DNA of 64,000 nucleotides from Desulfosoma sp. (GTDB lineage Bacteria; Desulfobacterota; Syntrophobacteria; Syntrophobacterales; DSM-9756): NCBI GenBank assembly GCA_037481835.1, contig JBBFKW010000006.1, positions 128,001 to 192,000 of the forward strand, read 5' to 3'. Shown piece by piece: positions 54,754 to 64,000 of this stretch (position 1 is its first letter; each line of letters starts with the position of its first letter). The notes under the pieces were generated by a model. It saw only the letters and a program-made list of their open reading frames with translations, ran no database searches and was not told where the DNA came from. The position numbers and the translations under genes were made by a program.

Positions 54754-57084
54754 ATGGACACACGGAACCACAAAGGAATGACGGACGCATCGCTGACCCT
54801 GGCCTCAGAAATACGGCCACCCGCTCCGGCATACCCGGAGACTGCCGTCGGTTATTACAATTTCTCCCCCGGTTTGGGCGATTTCTTGGATATCATCATC
54901 CGGCGCAAATGGATTGTCATCGCTTCCGTGCTGTTGGTCTTCATGCCGAGCCTTATTTACAACCTGACCGTCGATCCTATCTACCAGGCCACATGCCAGG
55001 TGGAACTCTCATCCTATCCGACCCGGGTAACCAAGTTTGAAGAGGTTGTGGATCCCTTCGGACGGGGCAAGACCTTCATTGAAACCCAGATTGCCTTGCT
55101 ACAGAGCCCGGCCCTGGCGGATCGCGTCGCCTCCAGGCTCAACCTCAAGGAACATCCCCTATTCAGCCCGCCGCCCATGCCCCAAGACGAAGCCCCAGGT
55201 CTCTTACAGCGCCTCAAAGCGGCCGTCCTGTTTGTGAAAAAACAAGTCCTCGCCGCCGTGAAGAGTTGGTTCACGTCGAAAGAAAAAAACCCGGCCCCCA
55301 ATCCGGAACTCAGAGAACTCAGCAAGCTGCTCATGATTCGAGGTTACCTGCTGCAGAACTTGAAGGTCACCCCCAACGGGGACGCCGACATTGTGACCAT
55401 TACCTTCGATTCCGAAGATCCGTCACTGGCACGGGATGTGGCCAATGCGCTCGTCAATGAGTTCATGATTTGGCAAATGGACAGAAAAATCGAGGCCACC
55501 AAGACAGCCAAGATCCAGCTCGATCGCCAGATCGAAATCGCCCGCCGGGAACTTGAAAACACGGAAAGCAAACTCAACGCCTTTGCCAAAGAAAGCGGCA
55601 TCGTTTCGCTCGATACCCGGTTGAATCACGTCTATCAGGAATTGGAGCAGATCACCGCGGCCCTCGCCAAGGTGGAAGCGGACCGCATTGCCATAGAGCA
55701 GAGTTACGAGTTAGCGAGCAAGAGCGATCTGGACACATCGCCTCTCGTCCAGAAAAACGACATCATACATAACTTGAGGGTCCAATATCTCGCCCTTCTA
55801 TCTGAATACGAAAAGCTCAAGGTACGATACAAAGATGAGCATCCCGCAATGAAGACCCTCAAAGCAGCCATGCTGGAGGTGGGGTCACGCATTAATTCCG
55901 AACAGGAACGGATTCTGACCACCATTCGCAACGATTATCTGGCGACCGTGAACACCGAGAAAGCCCTTCGAGCCACGGCGGAAGAGAAAAAGGCTGCAGC
56001 GCTCCAACTGAACGATCTCGTCAGCCAGTATAAGAATCTGGAACGAGATGTGGAGGTCAACAAGCAAATCTACCAAAGCCTGCTGGGACGTTCCAAGGAA
56101 ATCGACGCCAACGTGGGAACCGATCTCACCAACATCAAGGTCGTCGATTTCGCAACGCTGCCCCTCAAGCCTTACCAGCCGAACGTTCCGCGAAACCTCT
56201 TTGTCGCCCTTGTTTTGGGACTCGTCTTGGGTGTCGGAACGGCTCTCGTCCGCGAACACATGGACAATTCCATCAGACGGGTTGAAGAAATGCCCGGGCG
56301 CTTTTGGATTCCCGTGTTGGGCGTCGTCCCCGTGGCCTCAAAACAGGATAAGAACAACCTCCCCTCTCTCGTCCGGGACAACCCTTCATCGCCGTTTTCG
56401 GAAGCGATTCGCATGATCCGCGTGGCCATCCAGCACTCGGCGTCTTTGGACCACCTACATCGAAGAACACTGCTGCTGACCAGCAGTGTCAAGGGCGAAG
56501 GCAAGTCCACGCTTTCCTCCAATCTGGCTCTGTCTTTCGCCCTCGCCGGCGAAAAGACCCTCTTGGTCGAGGCCGACCTGCGGCGCCCCTCCCTGAGCCA
56601 GCACTTCGCCGGCAATGGGAAATCCAAGGGACTGGCTGATTTTCTAAAAGGTGTGGCCAAATACGAAGAGATCGTTCAAAAGACTTCCCTCTCCAATCTC
56701 TACTTTATTCCCTCCGGGACGCCGGTCACAAACCCCACGGAATTGCTGGGCTCCACGGCCATGAGGGAACTGCTGCACACAGCCGCAGCCCACTTCGATC
56801 GGGTCATCTTCGACGGCCCTCCGTTCACCTCGGACGCCTTGACTCTTGGCAGCCTGGTAGACGGCGTCATTCTTGTCGCCACACTCGGCCGGACCCATCG
56901 GGATGCGCTCCGGGTGCTTCGAGAGGACCTGGCGGCGACCCAGGCCGACCTTGTGGGGAGTATCATTAACATGCTTTCTGGATCACGCTTCAGTTCGACC
57001 GCTTTCTACCACAACTACTACAAAGGCTATGAAAACACTTACGGCCGCCCTCACCGCAATCTTCCTGCGCGGGTGGGGCGTTGA
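54754..57084 (+). CDS. Polysaccharide co-polymerase / tyrosine autokinase (Wzc/GumC-like)
   Basis: Two TMs flanking coiled coil, GEGKST, EADLRRP, FDGPP, C-terminal Tyr cluster YHNYYKGYENTY. Confidence 0.92.
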   Translation: MDTRNHKGMTDASLTLASEIRPPAPAYPETAVGYYNFSPGLGDFLDIIIRRKWIVIASVLLVFMPSLIYNLTVDPIYQATCQVELSSYPTRVTKFEEVVDPFGRGKTFIETQIALLQSPALADRVASRLNLKEHPLFSPPPMPQDEAPGLLQRLKAAVLFVKKQVLAAVKSWFTSKEKNPAPNPELRELSKLLMIRGYLLQNLKVTPNGDADIVTITFDSEDPSLARDVANALVNEFMIWQMDRKIEATKTAKIQLDRQIEIARRELENTESKLNAFAKESGIVSLDTRLNHVYQELEQITAALAKVEADRIAIEQSYELASKSDLDTSPLVQKNDIIHNLRVQYLALLSEYEKLKVRYKDEHPAMKTLKAAMLEVGSRINSEQERILTTIRNDYLATVNTEKALRATAEEKKAAALQLNDLVSQYKNLERDVEVNKQIYQSLLGRSKEIDANVGTDLTNIKVVDFATLPLKPYQPNVPRNLFVALVLGLVLGVGTALVREHMDNSIRRVEEMPGRFWIPVLGVVPVASKQDKNNLPSLVRDNPSSPFSEAIRMIRVAIQHSASLDHLHRRTLLLTSSVKGEGKSTLSSNLALSFALAGEKTLLVEADLRRPSLSQHFAGNGKSKGLADFLKGVAKYEEIVQKTSLSNLYFIPSGTPVTNPTELLGSTAMRELLHTAAAHFDRVIFDGPPFTSDALTLGSLVDGVILVATLGRTHRDALRVLREDLAATQADLVGSIINMLSGSRFSSTAFYHNYYKGYENTYGRPHRNLPARVGR

Positions 57085-57154
57085 AACGGTATCCAGTGTG
57101 CTTTGAAATCCGCATGAAAGCTTAAGTTGGCGCTTTCATCAGGAGGATGCCGCC

Positions 57155-58573
57155 ATGTTGAAAAAGCATCATCGTTTTTTTTCCACTGTCTTTAGACTGT
57201 TTGATCTTTTTCTTATCGCCCTGTCTTACGGATTCGCCTACCAGCTTGTTTACGGAATTTCCGTCTATCCCGGGCACGTGGACGCTATTCCCCATCTTTA
57301 CGCTCCGGCAGTGAACAGCCTACTGTGGATTGTCCTGTCGAAGCAATACGGACTGTACACATCCAAGAGGCTCACGCACCTCGTCATGGAACTGCGCGAT
57401 GTCATCCGTATCGTCTTCATGTGCTTGGCTCCCGCCGCCATCATGGTCGCTTTGATCGAGCAGAGCCCACCAGCCCATAGGTTCTTGGGTATGGTTCTCG
57501 CGGCACAGCTCTGCTTGTTCTTGGCCTTCAGAATATCGCTTCGCAAAACCCTTTCGTACCTGCGCGCCCGCGGTTTCAACTATCGCCAGGTGCTCATCGT
57601 GGGCAGTAACGGTCGGGCCCGCTCCGTAATCCGCGAACTGGAGGGCTCCAAGGCCTTCGGCATTCGGATCCTGGGGTTCATCGACGGCCTCAAGGGCAAG
57701 CCCCGCCCCGCAACGTCTTTGCAGGTCCCCTACTTGGGGTCGCTAGAGGATCTTCCCAGGATCCTGACGGAACATGTCGTGGACGAAGTCTTCGTCACCC
57801 TTCCGATAAAGTCTTTTTACGAGGAAATCGACGGGATCATCAAGACGTGCGAGACCGTCGGCGTGGAGGTGAAGCTTTCCACGAACCTTTTCAATGTCCG
57901 CTGCTCCAAGTCCGCGATTTGTACCCACTACGACATCCCGTCCATCGACTTCTACACCAGCCCTCGCGACCCTCTGCAGCTTTTCATCAAGCGTCTGATC
58001 GACATCGTGGTTTCATTGTCCATGCTGCTCATATGGTCGCCGATTCTGTGCCTCGTGGCCTTAGCCATCAAGCTGGATTCCCGTGGTCCCATTCTTTTTC
58101 GCCAGGTTCGGGTCGGCTATAATGGGCGTTTTTTTACCATGTACAAGTTTCGGACCATGGTTGAAAACGCCGAACAACTGAAGCAAGAACTGATGGATTT
58201 AAACGAATTGACGGGACCTGTGTTCAAGATCCGCAATGATCCTAGAGTCACGCGGGTGGGGCGGTTTCTGCGGAAGACCAGCATCGACGAACTCCCTCAG
58301 CTCATCAACGTCCTCAAGGGCGAGATGAGCCTCGTGGGCCCGCGCCCTCCCATACCTTCCGAGGTGAGCCAATACAACCTGGAGGACCGGCGGCGTTTGA
58401 GCATGAGGCCTGGGATCACGGGGATCTGGCAGGTCAGTGGCAGAAACGCCGTGTCCTTCGACCAATGGATGGCCATGGACAAGGAATACATCGACAATTG
58501 GTCCCTGTGGCTTGACCTCAAGCTTCTCATTAAGACCATCCCCGCCGTTTTGACGGGTGAAGGCGCCGCATGA
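57155..58573 (+). CDS. Priming polyprenyl-phosphate sugar phosphotransferase (WcaJ-like)
   Basis: KRLIDI, KFRTM, DPRVT, SIDELPQL, MSLVGPRP, PGITG. Confidence 0.93.
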   Translation: MLKKHHRFFSTVFRLFDLFLIALSYGFAYQLVYGISVYPGHVDAIPHLYAPAVNSLLWIVLSKQYGLYTSKRLTHLVMELRDVIRIVFMCLAPAAIMVALIEQSPPAHRFLGMVLAAQLCLFLAFRISLRKTLSYLRARGFNYRQVLIVGSNGRARSVIRELEGSKAFGIRILGFIDGLKGKPRPATSLQVPYLGSLEDLPRILTEHVVDEVFVTLPIKSFYEEIDGIIKTCETVGVEVKLSTNLFNVRCSKSAICTHYDIPSIDFYTSPRDPLQLFIKRLIDIVVSLSMLLIWSPILCLVALAIKLDSRGPILFRQVRVGYNGRFFTMYKFRTMVENAEQLKQELMDLNELTGPVFKIRNDPRVTRVGRFLRKTSIDELPQLINVLKGEMSLVGPRPPIPSEVSQYNLEDRRRLSMRPGITGIWQVSGRNAVSFDQWMAMDKEYIDNWSLWLDLKLLIKTIPAVLTGEGAA

Positions 58574-58610
58574 TGAGCCGCCCTGGGCGGTGACGCCGAA
58601 GGACAAGGTC

Positions 58611-59564
58611 ATGGGTGTGCATTTAAGCATCGTCATCCCCCTTTACAACGAAGAAGATTCCGTGCGCGAACTGGTCTCTTCCATTGTGGAATGCGCCAAA
58701 GATTTTCCCTTTTCCCACGAAATCCTTCTGGTGGATGACGGATCCACGGACGGGACCTGGCGGGTCATCGAGGAGCTCTCCACATCTGTGCCCACTCTGA
58801 GAGCCATCAAGTTCCGCCGCAACTACGGACAAACCAGCGCCATGGTCGCCGGGTTCGACCACGCCCGGGGTGAGATCATTGTCACCATGGACGGCGATTT
58901 GCAAAACGATCCCCGGGACATCCCCCGCCTGTTGGAAAAGCTCGAAGAAGGCTACGACATTGTGAGCGGCTGGCGGGTCCACCGCCGTGATCATTTTTCA
59001 CGGGTGCTGCCATCCCGAATCGCCAACGCCATCATTTCCCTCACGACCGGCGTGCACCTCCATGACTACGGATGCTCGCTCAAGGCCTATCGCGCCGAAT
59101 GTATTCGAAGTATCAAGGCCTATGGGGAAATGCACCGCTTCTTCCCCGCCCTCGCCAGCATGACGGGAGCTCGTGTGGCAGAAATTCCGGTTCGGCATCA
59201 TGAGAGAAAACATGGCACATCCAAGTATGGTTTCAGTCGCATTTTCAAGGTGCTTAGTGATATTTGGGCCATCAATCTCATCATCAAGTTTTCCTCAAAC
59301 CCCCTCAGAGGTTTTCTTTTTTGCGCCGTACCCTTTGTTCTCCTGAGTCTCTTTTTCTGGCTTCTTTGTGCTTTGGCCCTTTTTTACTCCTGGACCCAGG
59401 GCAAAGCCCAAGTGTTCATGTTCTCGGCTTTGCTCTCGGGCGCAGCCGCCGTGCACCTTGTGGTTCTCGGTTTCTTGGCGGAGCTGGTGGTGCATGTGAG
59501 TGATTTGTCCCACACGCATCTGTCTAAACTGACGAAGAGATGTATCAACGGAGAAACCCGATGA
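58611..59564 (+). CDS. GT2 glycosyltransferase (ArnC/GtrB-like, two C-terminal TMs)
   Basis: VIPLYNEE, VDDGSTD, RNYGQ, MDGDLQND, HRF. Confidence 0.9.
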   Translation: MGVHLSIVIPLYNEEDSVRELVSSIVECAKDFPFSHEILLVDDGSTDGTWRVIEELSTSVPTLRAIKFRRNYGQTSAMVAGFDHARGEIIVTMDGDLQNDPRDIPRLLEKLEEGYDIVSGWRVHRRDHFSRVLPSRIANAIISLTTGVHLHDYGCSLKAYRAECIRSIKAYGEMHRFFPALASMTGARVAEIPVRHHERKHGTSKYGFSRIFKVLSDIWAINLIIKFSSNPLRGFLFCAVPFVLLSLFFWLLCALALFYSWTQGKAQVFMFSALLSGAAAVHLVVLGFLAELVVHVSDLSHTHLSKLTKRCINGETR

Positions 59565-60511
59565 GCGAAGGGACCGAACGGCACCCCCGCTATTCGGCCA
59601 TCGTCTTGCTGGAAGACCAAGACAGCGATCTCATCCCGCTCGTCGACACTCTCCACCGTGTTTTCTCATCGAGACCGGCAGGGTACGAAATCATCATCGT
59701 GGCCAACGGGGTCGGAGGGTTCTTGCGACGCGCCTTGGCGAGCGTGGCCATGTGCAATGGAGCCCTCAAAGCGTACGAATTTCCCTCCAAGGTTTCCCAG
59801 TCCGTATGCTTGAAAGCGGGGTTCGAAGAAAGCAGCGGGGAAATCATCATTGTCTGCGGGTCGCACCGGCAGATCACGGAATCGTCTTTGATGCGGTTGC
59901 TTGATTCCCTGGACGAACAGACCGACATCGTGAATTCGTGGCGCACAAAGAGGAACGATTCGACCTTCAACCAGCTCCAGTCCCGAGCCTTCAACGCCCT
60001 GGTGCGAAAGATCGCGCGCTGCCAAGTGCATGATCTCAGTTCAGCGGTCAAAGTTTACCGTCGAAGCGTTTTGGAGCAAACGGATTTCTACGGAAACATG
60101 CATCGCTTTCTTCCCATCATCGCCGAGGGAAAAGGCTTCAGGACGAAGGAAGTAGAGTGTGAACACTACCGATGGACAGGGAAGACCGGACCGTGCCCTC
60201 CCTATGAATATATCGAAAGGGTGGCCGACCTTCTGACCCTTTACTTTCTCATTGGGTTTAAAAACAAGCCTCTGCGTTTTTTCAACGTCCTCGGTACTTT
60301 TTTCCTCCTACTGGGCTTCGGCTGCCTTTCCTATGTCTTTCTCGATAAGATGCTCCTTGGCCATCCCGTCGGCGGCCACCCCTTACTTCTATTGAGTCTT
60401 TTTTCGATGGTGTTGGGTGTTCAAGTCTCCAGCGTTGGACTTTTAGGAGAGATTATCGCGTTTACACACGGCCGCCACAAACGCCAGTACACTATTGAAA
60501 AGATACTCTAA
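59561..60511 (+). CDS. GT2-like paralogue lacking catalytic motifs
   Basis: Same layout as previous gene (MHRFLP, PLRFF, GLLGE) but VANG and VCGSH replace VDDG and MDGD. Confidence 0.8.
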   Translation: MSEGTERHPRYSAIVLLEDQDSDLIPLVDTLHRVFSSRPAGYEIIIVANGVGGFLRRALASVAMCNGALKAYEFPSKVSQSVCLKAGFEESSGEIIIVCGSHRQITESSLMRLLDSLDEQTDIVNSWRTKRNDSTFNQLQSRAFNALVRKIARCQVHDLSSAVKVYRRSVLEQTDFYGNMHRFLPIIAEGKGFRTKEVECEHYRWTGKTGPCPPYEYIERVADLLTLYFLIGFKNKPLRFFNVLGTFFLLLGFGCLSYVFLDKMLLGHPVGGHPLLLLSLFSMVLGVQVSSVGLLGEIIAFTHGRHKRQYTIEKIL

Positions 60512-60544
60512 GTCTTTCCTTGGGGTTAAAATAACAGTTTCTCC

Positions 60545-61384
60545 ATGATATTTGTTGACGCCCACGTCCACCTCCATAATATGTTTGATATTGGAGATTT
60601 TTTCAAGTGCGCCGCCGCCAATTTCCGTAAAGCTTCTTCGGAGGTGGGGGATGCAAACCCCCTTTACGTCATTGCCCTCACGGAATCCTTCCCAACGGAT
60701 CGGTTTCGGAATTTTTACGACTTGGCGGGCGGCAGGGTTTGTCCGAAGGGTGGATCGGCAGGATCGGTCACGGTGGCGAGAACGTTGGAGGACAGTTCCC
60801 TTCTGTGCACGTTGGACGGCGAGACTTCCCTTGTATTGATCGCCGGCCGCCAGATCGTTTCCGCGGAGGGACTGGAAGTCTTGGCTTTGGGAACAAACCG
60901 GATGTTTCCGGATGGGCGGCCCCTGGCCCGTATCCTGTTGGAGGTGAGAGACTCGGGGGCCCTGCCGGTCATTCCTTGGGGATTTGGCAAATGGTCCGGT
61001 GCCCGAGGGAGGCTGGTCAGAGAACTTCTTTTGACATATCGGCCGGAGGCACCGTTGTTCCTGGGGGACAACGGCGGAAGACCCCGTCTGTTACCCGAGC
61101 CGCCCTTTTTCGAGTTGGCCCGGGGTCAAGGTGTTCCCATACTGCCTGGAAGCGATCCTTTCCCTTTGCCCCGCGAGGTCCGCCGGGTGGGAAGTTTTGG
61201 CTTCGCCTGCCCCTCCTCCCTGTCTTACGATCATCCAACCCGGGATCTTATCCTCCTTCTCACGGACCCCGCACCGAGGCTGATTCCCTACGGCAGGCTC
61301 GAACATCCCCTGCATTTCATCGGCAAGCAAGTGGCGATTCAGTTGATCAAAAGAGGAATCCTGGAGCCGGGAGGACGGCGATGA
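60545..61384 (+). CDS. Putative PHP-family metal-dependent phosphoesterase
   Basis: DAHVHLH, LTE, GSD motifs. Confidence 0.6.
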   Translation: MIFVDAHVHLHNMFDIGDFFKCAAANFRKASSEVGDANPLYVIALTESFPTDRFRNFYDLAGGRVCPKGGSAGSVTVARTLEDSSLLCTLDGETSLVLIAGRQIVSAEGLEVLALGTNRMFPDGRPLARILLEVRDSGALPVIPWGFGKWSGARGRLVRELLLTYRPEAPLFLGDNGGRPRLLPEPPFFELARGQGVPILPGSDPFPLPREVRRVGSFGFACPSSLSYDHPTRDLILLLTDPAPRLIPYGRLEHPLHFIGKQVAIQLIKRGILEPGGRR

Positions 61385-62568
61385 GAGCCCTCGTGGTCGC
61401 GCCCCAACCATTTTTTACGCCGCGAGGCACCCCGTTCAGCGTCTATTACCGGACGCTCGTCGCCTCTGAGTTGGGCCTGAAAATCGACCTGCTGACCTAC
61501 GGCGAAGGCATGGATGTGGACATTCCCGGAGTCCGGATCATCCGGATCCCACATCCGAGGATTTTGCGAAACGTCAAGGTCGGACCGTCCTATTCAAAAC
61601 TTCTTTTGGATATCCTGCTCTTTTTTCGAGCCGTCGCTCTCATGGCATCGGAAAAATACGACATTGTGCATGCCCATGAGGAGGCTGTCTTTTTCTGCGA
61701 GTTCCTGAAACCTTTTTTCGGTTACAAGTTGATTTACGACATGCACTCCAGCCTAAGCCAGCAATTGACCAACTTTCAGTTCACCTCATCCCAAGTGTTG
61801 ATCGGATTATTTTCCCTTCTGGAAAAGAGAGCCTTGCGGCATGCCGACGCGGTCATCACCATTTGCCCGGATTTGGCCGAACAAGCATGCTCGGTAATGC
61901 GGAATTGCACCAAACATTTTCTGATCGAAAATTCCATCTTCGAACCGGTGCGTCTATCGTCCGCTTCTTCTCAAAAAGGAAAGCTCGCAGAGGACCAAGT
62001 CCCTGATCCGGAATCCCTGCCAGCGGGAAGAGCCTTGCTCGTTTATGCCGGCACCCTGGAGCCCTATCAGGGGCTGGACATCCTCATTCCGGCATTTCAA
62101 ATCGTCCAGGCCGAGGAACCGCGAGCGCTGCTGCTGATCGTGGGGGGCACACCGCCACAGGTCGCTTACTACCAGTCATTGGCTGAGCGATGCGGAATTT
62201 CGGAGCATGTGCTTTTTACAGGCCGCGTGTCCCCTGAACTCGCAAAACGCTACTGCGCCAAGGCGACGCTTCTGCTTTCCCCCAGGTCTGGCGGATCAAA
62301 CACCCCTTTAAAAATCTACGAACAGCTGGCCAGCGGCATTCCCCTCGTGGCCACCCGAGTCCATTCCCATACCCAGGTTCTCACCGATGAAGTCGCTTTC
62401 CTTGTGGATCCGGAGCCGGAAGACATGGCTCAAGGGATCTTGACGGCCCTGCGATCCCACGACTCGCGGAAGCGTATTGCAGAAAAAGCCCAATGCCTCT
62501 ATCAGATGAAGTATTCCCGACCGGTTTACGTGGGCAAGCTGAAACGATTGTTGGAGTCTCTCCGATAA
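61381..62568 (+). CDS. GT4 glycosyltransferase
   Basis: HAHE, YDMH, YAGTL..YQG, PLKIYEQLASGIP. Confidence 0.9.
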   Translation: MRALVVAPQPFFTPRGTPFSVYYRTLVASELGLKIDLLTYGEGMDVDIPGVRIIRIPHPRILRNVKVGPSYSKLLLDILLFFRAVALMASEKYDIVHAHEEAVFFCEFLKPFFGYKLIYDMHSSLSQQLTNFQFTSSQVLIGLFSLLEKRALRHADAVITICPDLAEQACSVMRNCTKHFLIENSIFEPVRLSSASSQKGKLAEDQVPDPESLPAGRALLVYAGTLEPYQGLDILIPAFQIVQAEEPRALLLIVGGTPPQVAYYQSLAERCGISEHVLFTGRVSPELAKRYCAKATLLLSPRSGGSNTPLKIYEQLASGIPLVATRVHSHTQVLTDEVAFLVDPEPEDMAQGILTALRSHDSRKRIAEKAQCLYQMKYSRPVYVGKLKRLLESLR

Positions 62569-62569
62569 C

Positions 62570-64000
62570 ATGTGCGGTATCGCCGGCGTGGCCGCTTTTA
62601 ACGGCGGCCTCCCTCCCAATGAAGCGCAACTGAAATTTATGTGCAATACCCTCATGCACCGGGGGCCCGACGGCGAGGGAATGCACTTGTGTGACGGGGT
62701 GGCGCTGGGCATGCGCCGCTTGGCCATTATTGACTTGAAGGGGGGCAACCAGCCCATTTTCAATGAAGATCGCACCATCCTCACGGTTTTCAATGGAGAG
62801 ATTTACAATTTCCGTGAATTACGGCGCACCCTCGAAGCGGCAGGCCACAGATTTCGAACCCAAAGCGACACGGAAGTGATCGTCCATGCCTACGAAGAAT
62901 ACGGCATGGATTTTCCCACGGTACTCAATGGCATGTTCGCCCTCGCCTTGTACGATTCGGCGCGAAAGGCACTCTACCTGGTCAGGGATCACGTGGGAAT
63001 CAAGCCTCTTTACTATTCGTGCAGCCAGTGCCACCTGGTTTGGGGATCGGAAATCAAGGCCGTTCTCGCTTCCGGTTTGGTGCGGCCCGAGTTGAATGTG
63101 GATGCTTTGGGGGAATTCTTGTGCTGGGAATATATCCCCGGGAAGAAAACCCTGTTTCAGTCCATCCATAAACTGGAGCCCGGTCACGTCCTTCGCCTGG
63201 ATGTCCCAAGCGGCAGCATATCCATCCATAAATTCTGGGATCTTCCCGCTGCCGAGGAGGTGGAGACCGCCGACATGCGTTCCTGGGAAGATCGCATCGA
63301 CCAAAAGATCAGGGAATGCGTGCGGAGGCAGTTGGTCAGCGATGTCCCCTTGGGAGCGTTCTTGTCGGGAGGCGTGGATTCCTCGATCATCGTGGCGGCC
63401 ATGGGGCCTTCCAAGACTTTCAGCATCGGGTTTGACGACCCCACCTACAACGAGCTCCATTGGGCGAGGAAGGTGGCCCGTCACCTAGGGGTCGATCACA
63501 AGGACGACGTCATCCGCCCGCACCTCCTCTCCTTGTTTGAACACCTGATCGATTTTTTGGATGAGCCAATCGGAGATTTTTCCATCTTTCCGACGTACTT
63601 GGTATCGAAACACACGCGGGAGCACGTCACCGTAGCGCTCAGCGGCGATGGCGGGGACGAACTCTTCGGCGGTTACGAGACCTACGTCGCCCAGGAACTC
63701 TCCCGCATCTATGAACGGATTCCCCGGTTTCTCCGTGAACGGGTCGTGGAGCCTTGCGTCCGGGCTTTCCGTCCCACTCCCGCCAAAAAAGGGCTCATCA
63801 ACAAGGCCAAGCGTTTCGTGGAGGGAGTCGAACACCCGAAGAGTCTGGCCCATGCACGATGGCGCCTCTTTCTTGGTGAGGCCCTCCGCGGAGAGCTTTT
63901 TACCGAAGAGTCTTCCCAGCTGCTGCAGACGCCGCCCGGGGGTCATATCACGGACCTTTTCCTGCGTTCGGGGATGCGTGACGACGTGGATCGATGTCTC
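62570..64000 (+). CDS. asnB: Asparagine synthase (glutamine-hydrolysing)-family amidotransferase, runs off window end
   Basis: Manual translation from ATG 62570: MCGIAG, HRGPD, RLAIID, NGEIYN, SDTEV, LSGGVDS, SGDGGDELFGGY; not in ORF track, consistent with no stop before the edge. Confidence 0.9.
   Translation, partial: MCGIAGVAAFNGGLPPNEAQLKFMCNTLMHRGPDGEGMHLCDGVALGMRRLAIIDLKGGNQPIFNEDRTILTVFNGEIYNFRELRRTLEAAGHRFRTQSDTEVIVHAYEEYGMDFPTVLNGMFALALYDSARKALYLVRDHVGIKPLYYSCSQCHLVWGSEIKAVLASGLVRPELNVDALGEFLCWEYIPGKKTLFQSIHKLEPGHVLRLDVPSGSISIHKFWDLPAAEEVETADMRSWEDRIDQKIRECVRRQLVSDVPLGAFLSGGVDSSIIVAAMGPSKTFSIGFDDPTYNELHWARKVARHLGVDHKDDVIRPHLLSLFEHLIDFLDEPIGDFSIFPTYLVSKHTREHVTVALSGDGGDELFGGYETYVAQELSRIYERIPRFLRERVVEPCVRAFRPTPAKKGLINKAKRFVEGVEHPKSLAHARWRLFLGEALRGELFTEESSQLLQTPPGGHITDLFLRSGMRDDVDRCL

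Overview
GC-rich bacterial chromosome segment; gene content suggests a Desulfobacterota/deltaproteobacterium (inference, not verified). About 1-41.3 kb is housekeeping: cation antiporter, cobA-hemD, hemC, gmhA, thiE/thiL/thiD, two PilT-family ATPases, a DUF1998 helicase fused to an exonuclease, a NusG paralogue, moeA, sucCD, gatB, mtnA, radA, trxAB, bamD, rho, rpmE, prfA, prmC, murA and comEC. Several palindromic and tandem repeat families occur here, and one has expanded in frame inside comEC (about 1.4 kb). From about 41.3 kb the sequence looks less GC-rich (visual impression). It encodes a regulatory block (receiver protein, sigma54 activator, two PilZ proteins, two LuxR-HTH regulators) and then one co-oriented run. 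That run starts with a 55-aa lasso-type RiPP precursor missing from the ORF track (48356-48523), then an HPr-kinase-like kinase, ABC exporter, nucleotidyltransferase, RRE (B1) and B2 peptidase. It continues directly into a Wza/Wzc polysaccharide locus with glycosyltransferases and an AsnB-family gene cut by the window edge. No dedicated lasso cyclase lies next to the RiPP genes and the core peptide is atypical. This RiPP-polysaccharide hybrid is the main candidate for an undescribed system. No rRNA, tRNA, CRISPR array, integrase or transposase was recognised.
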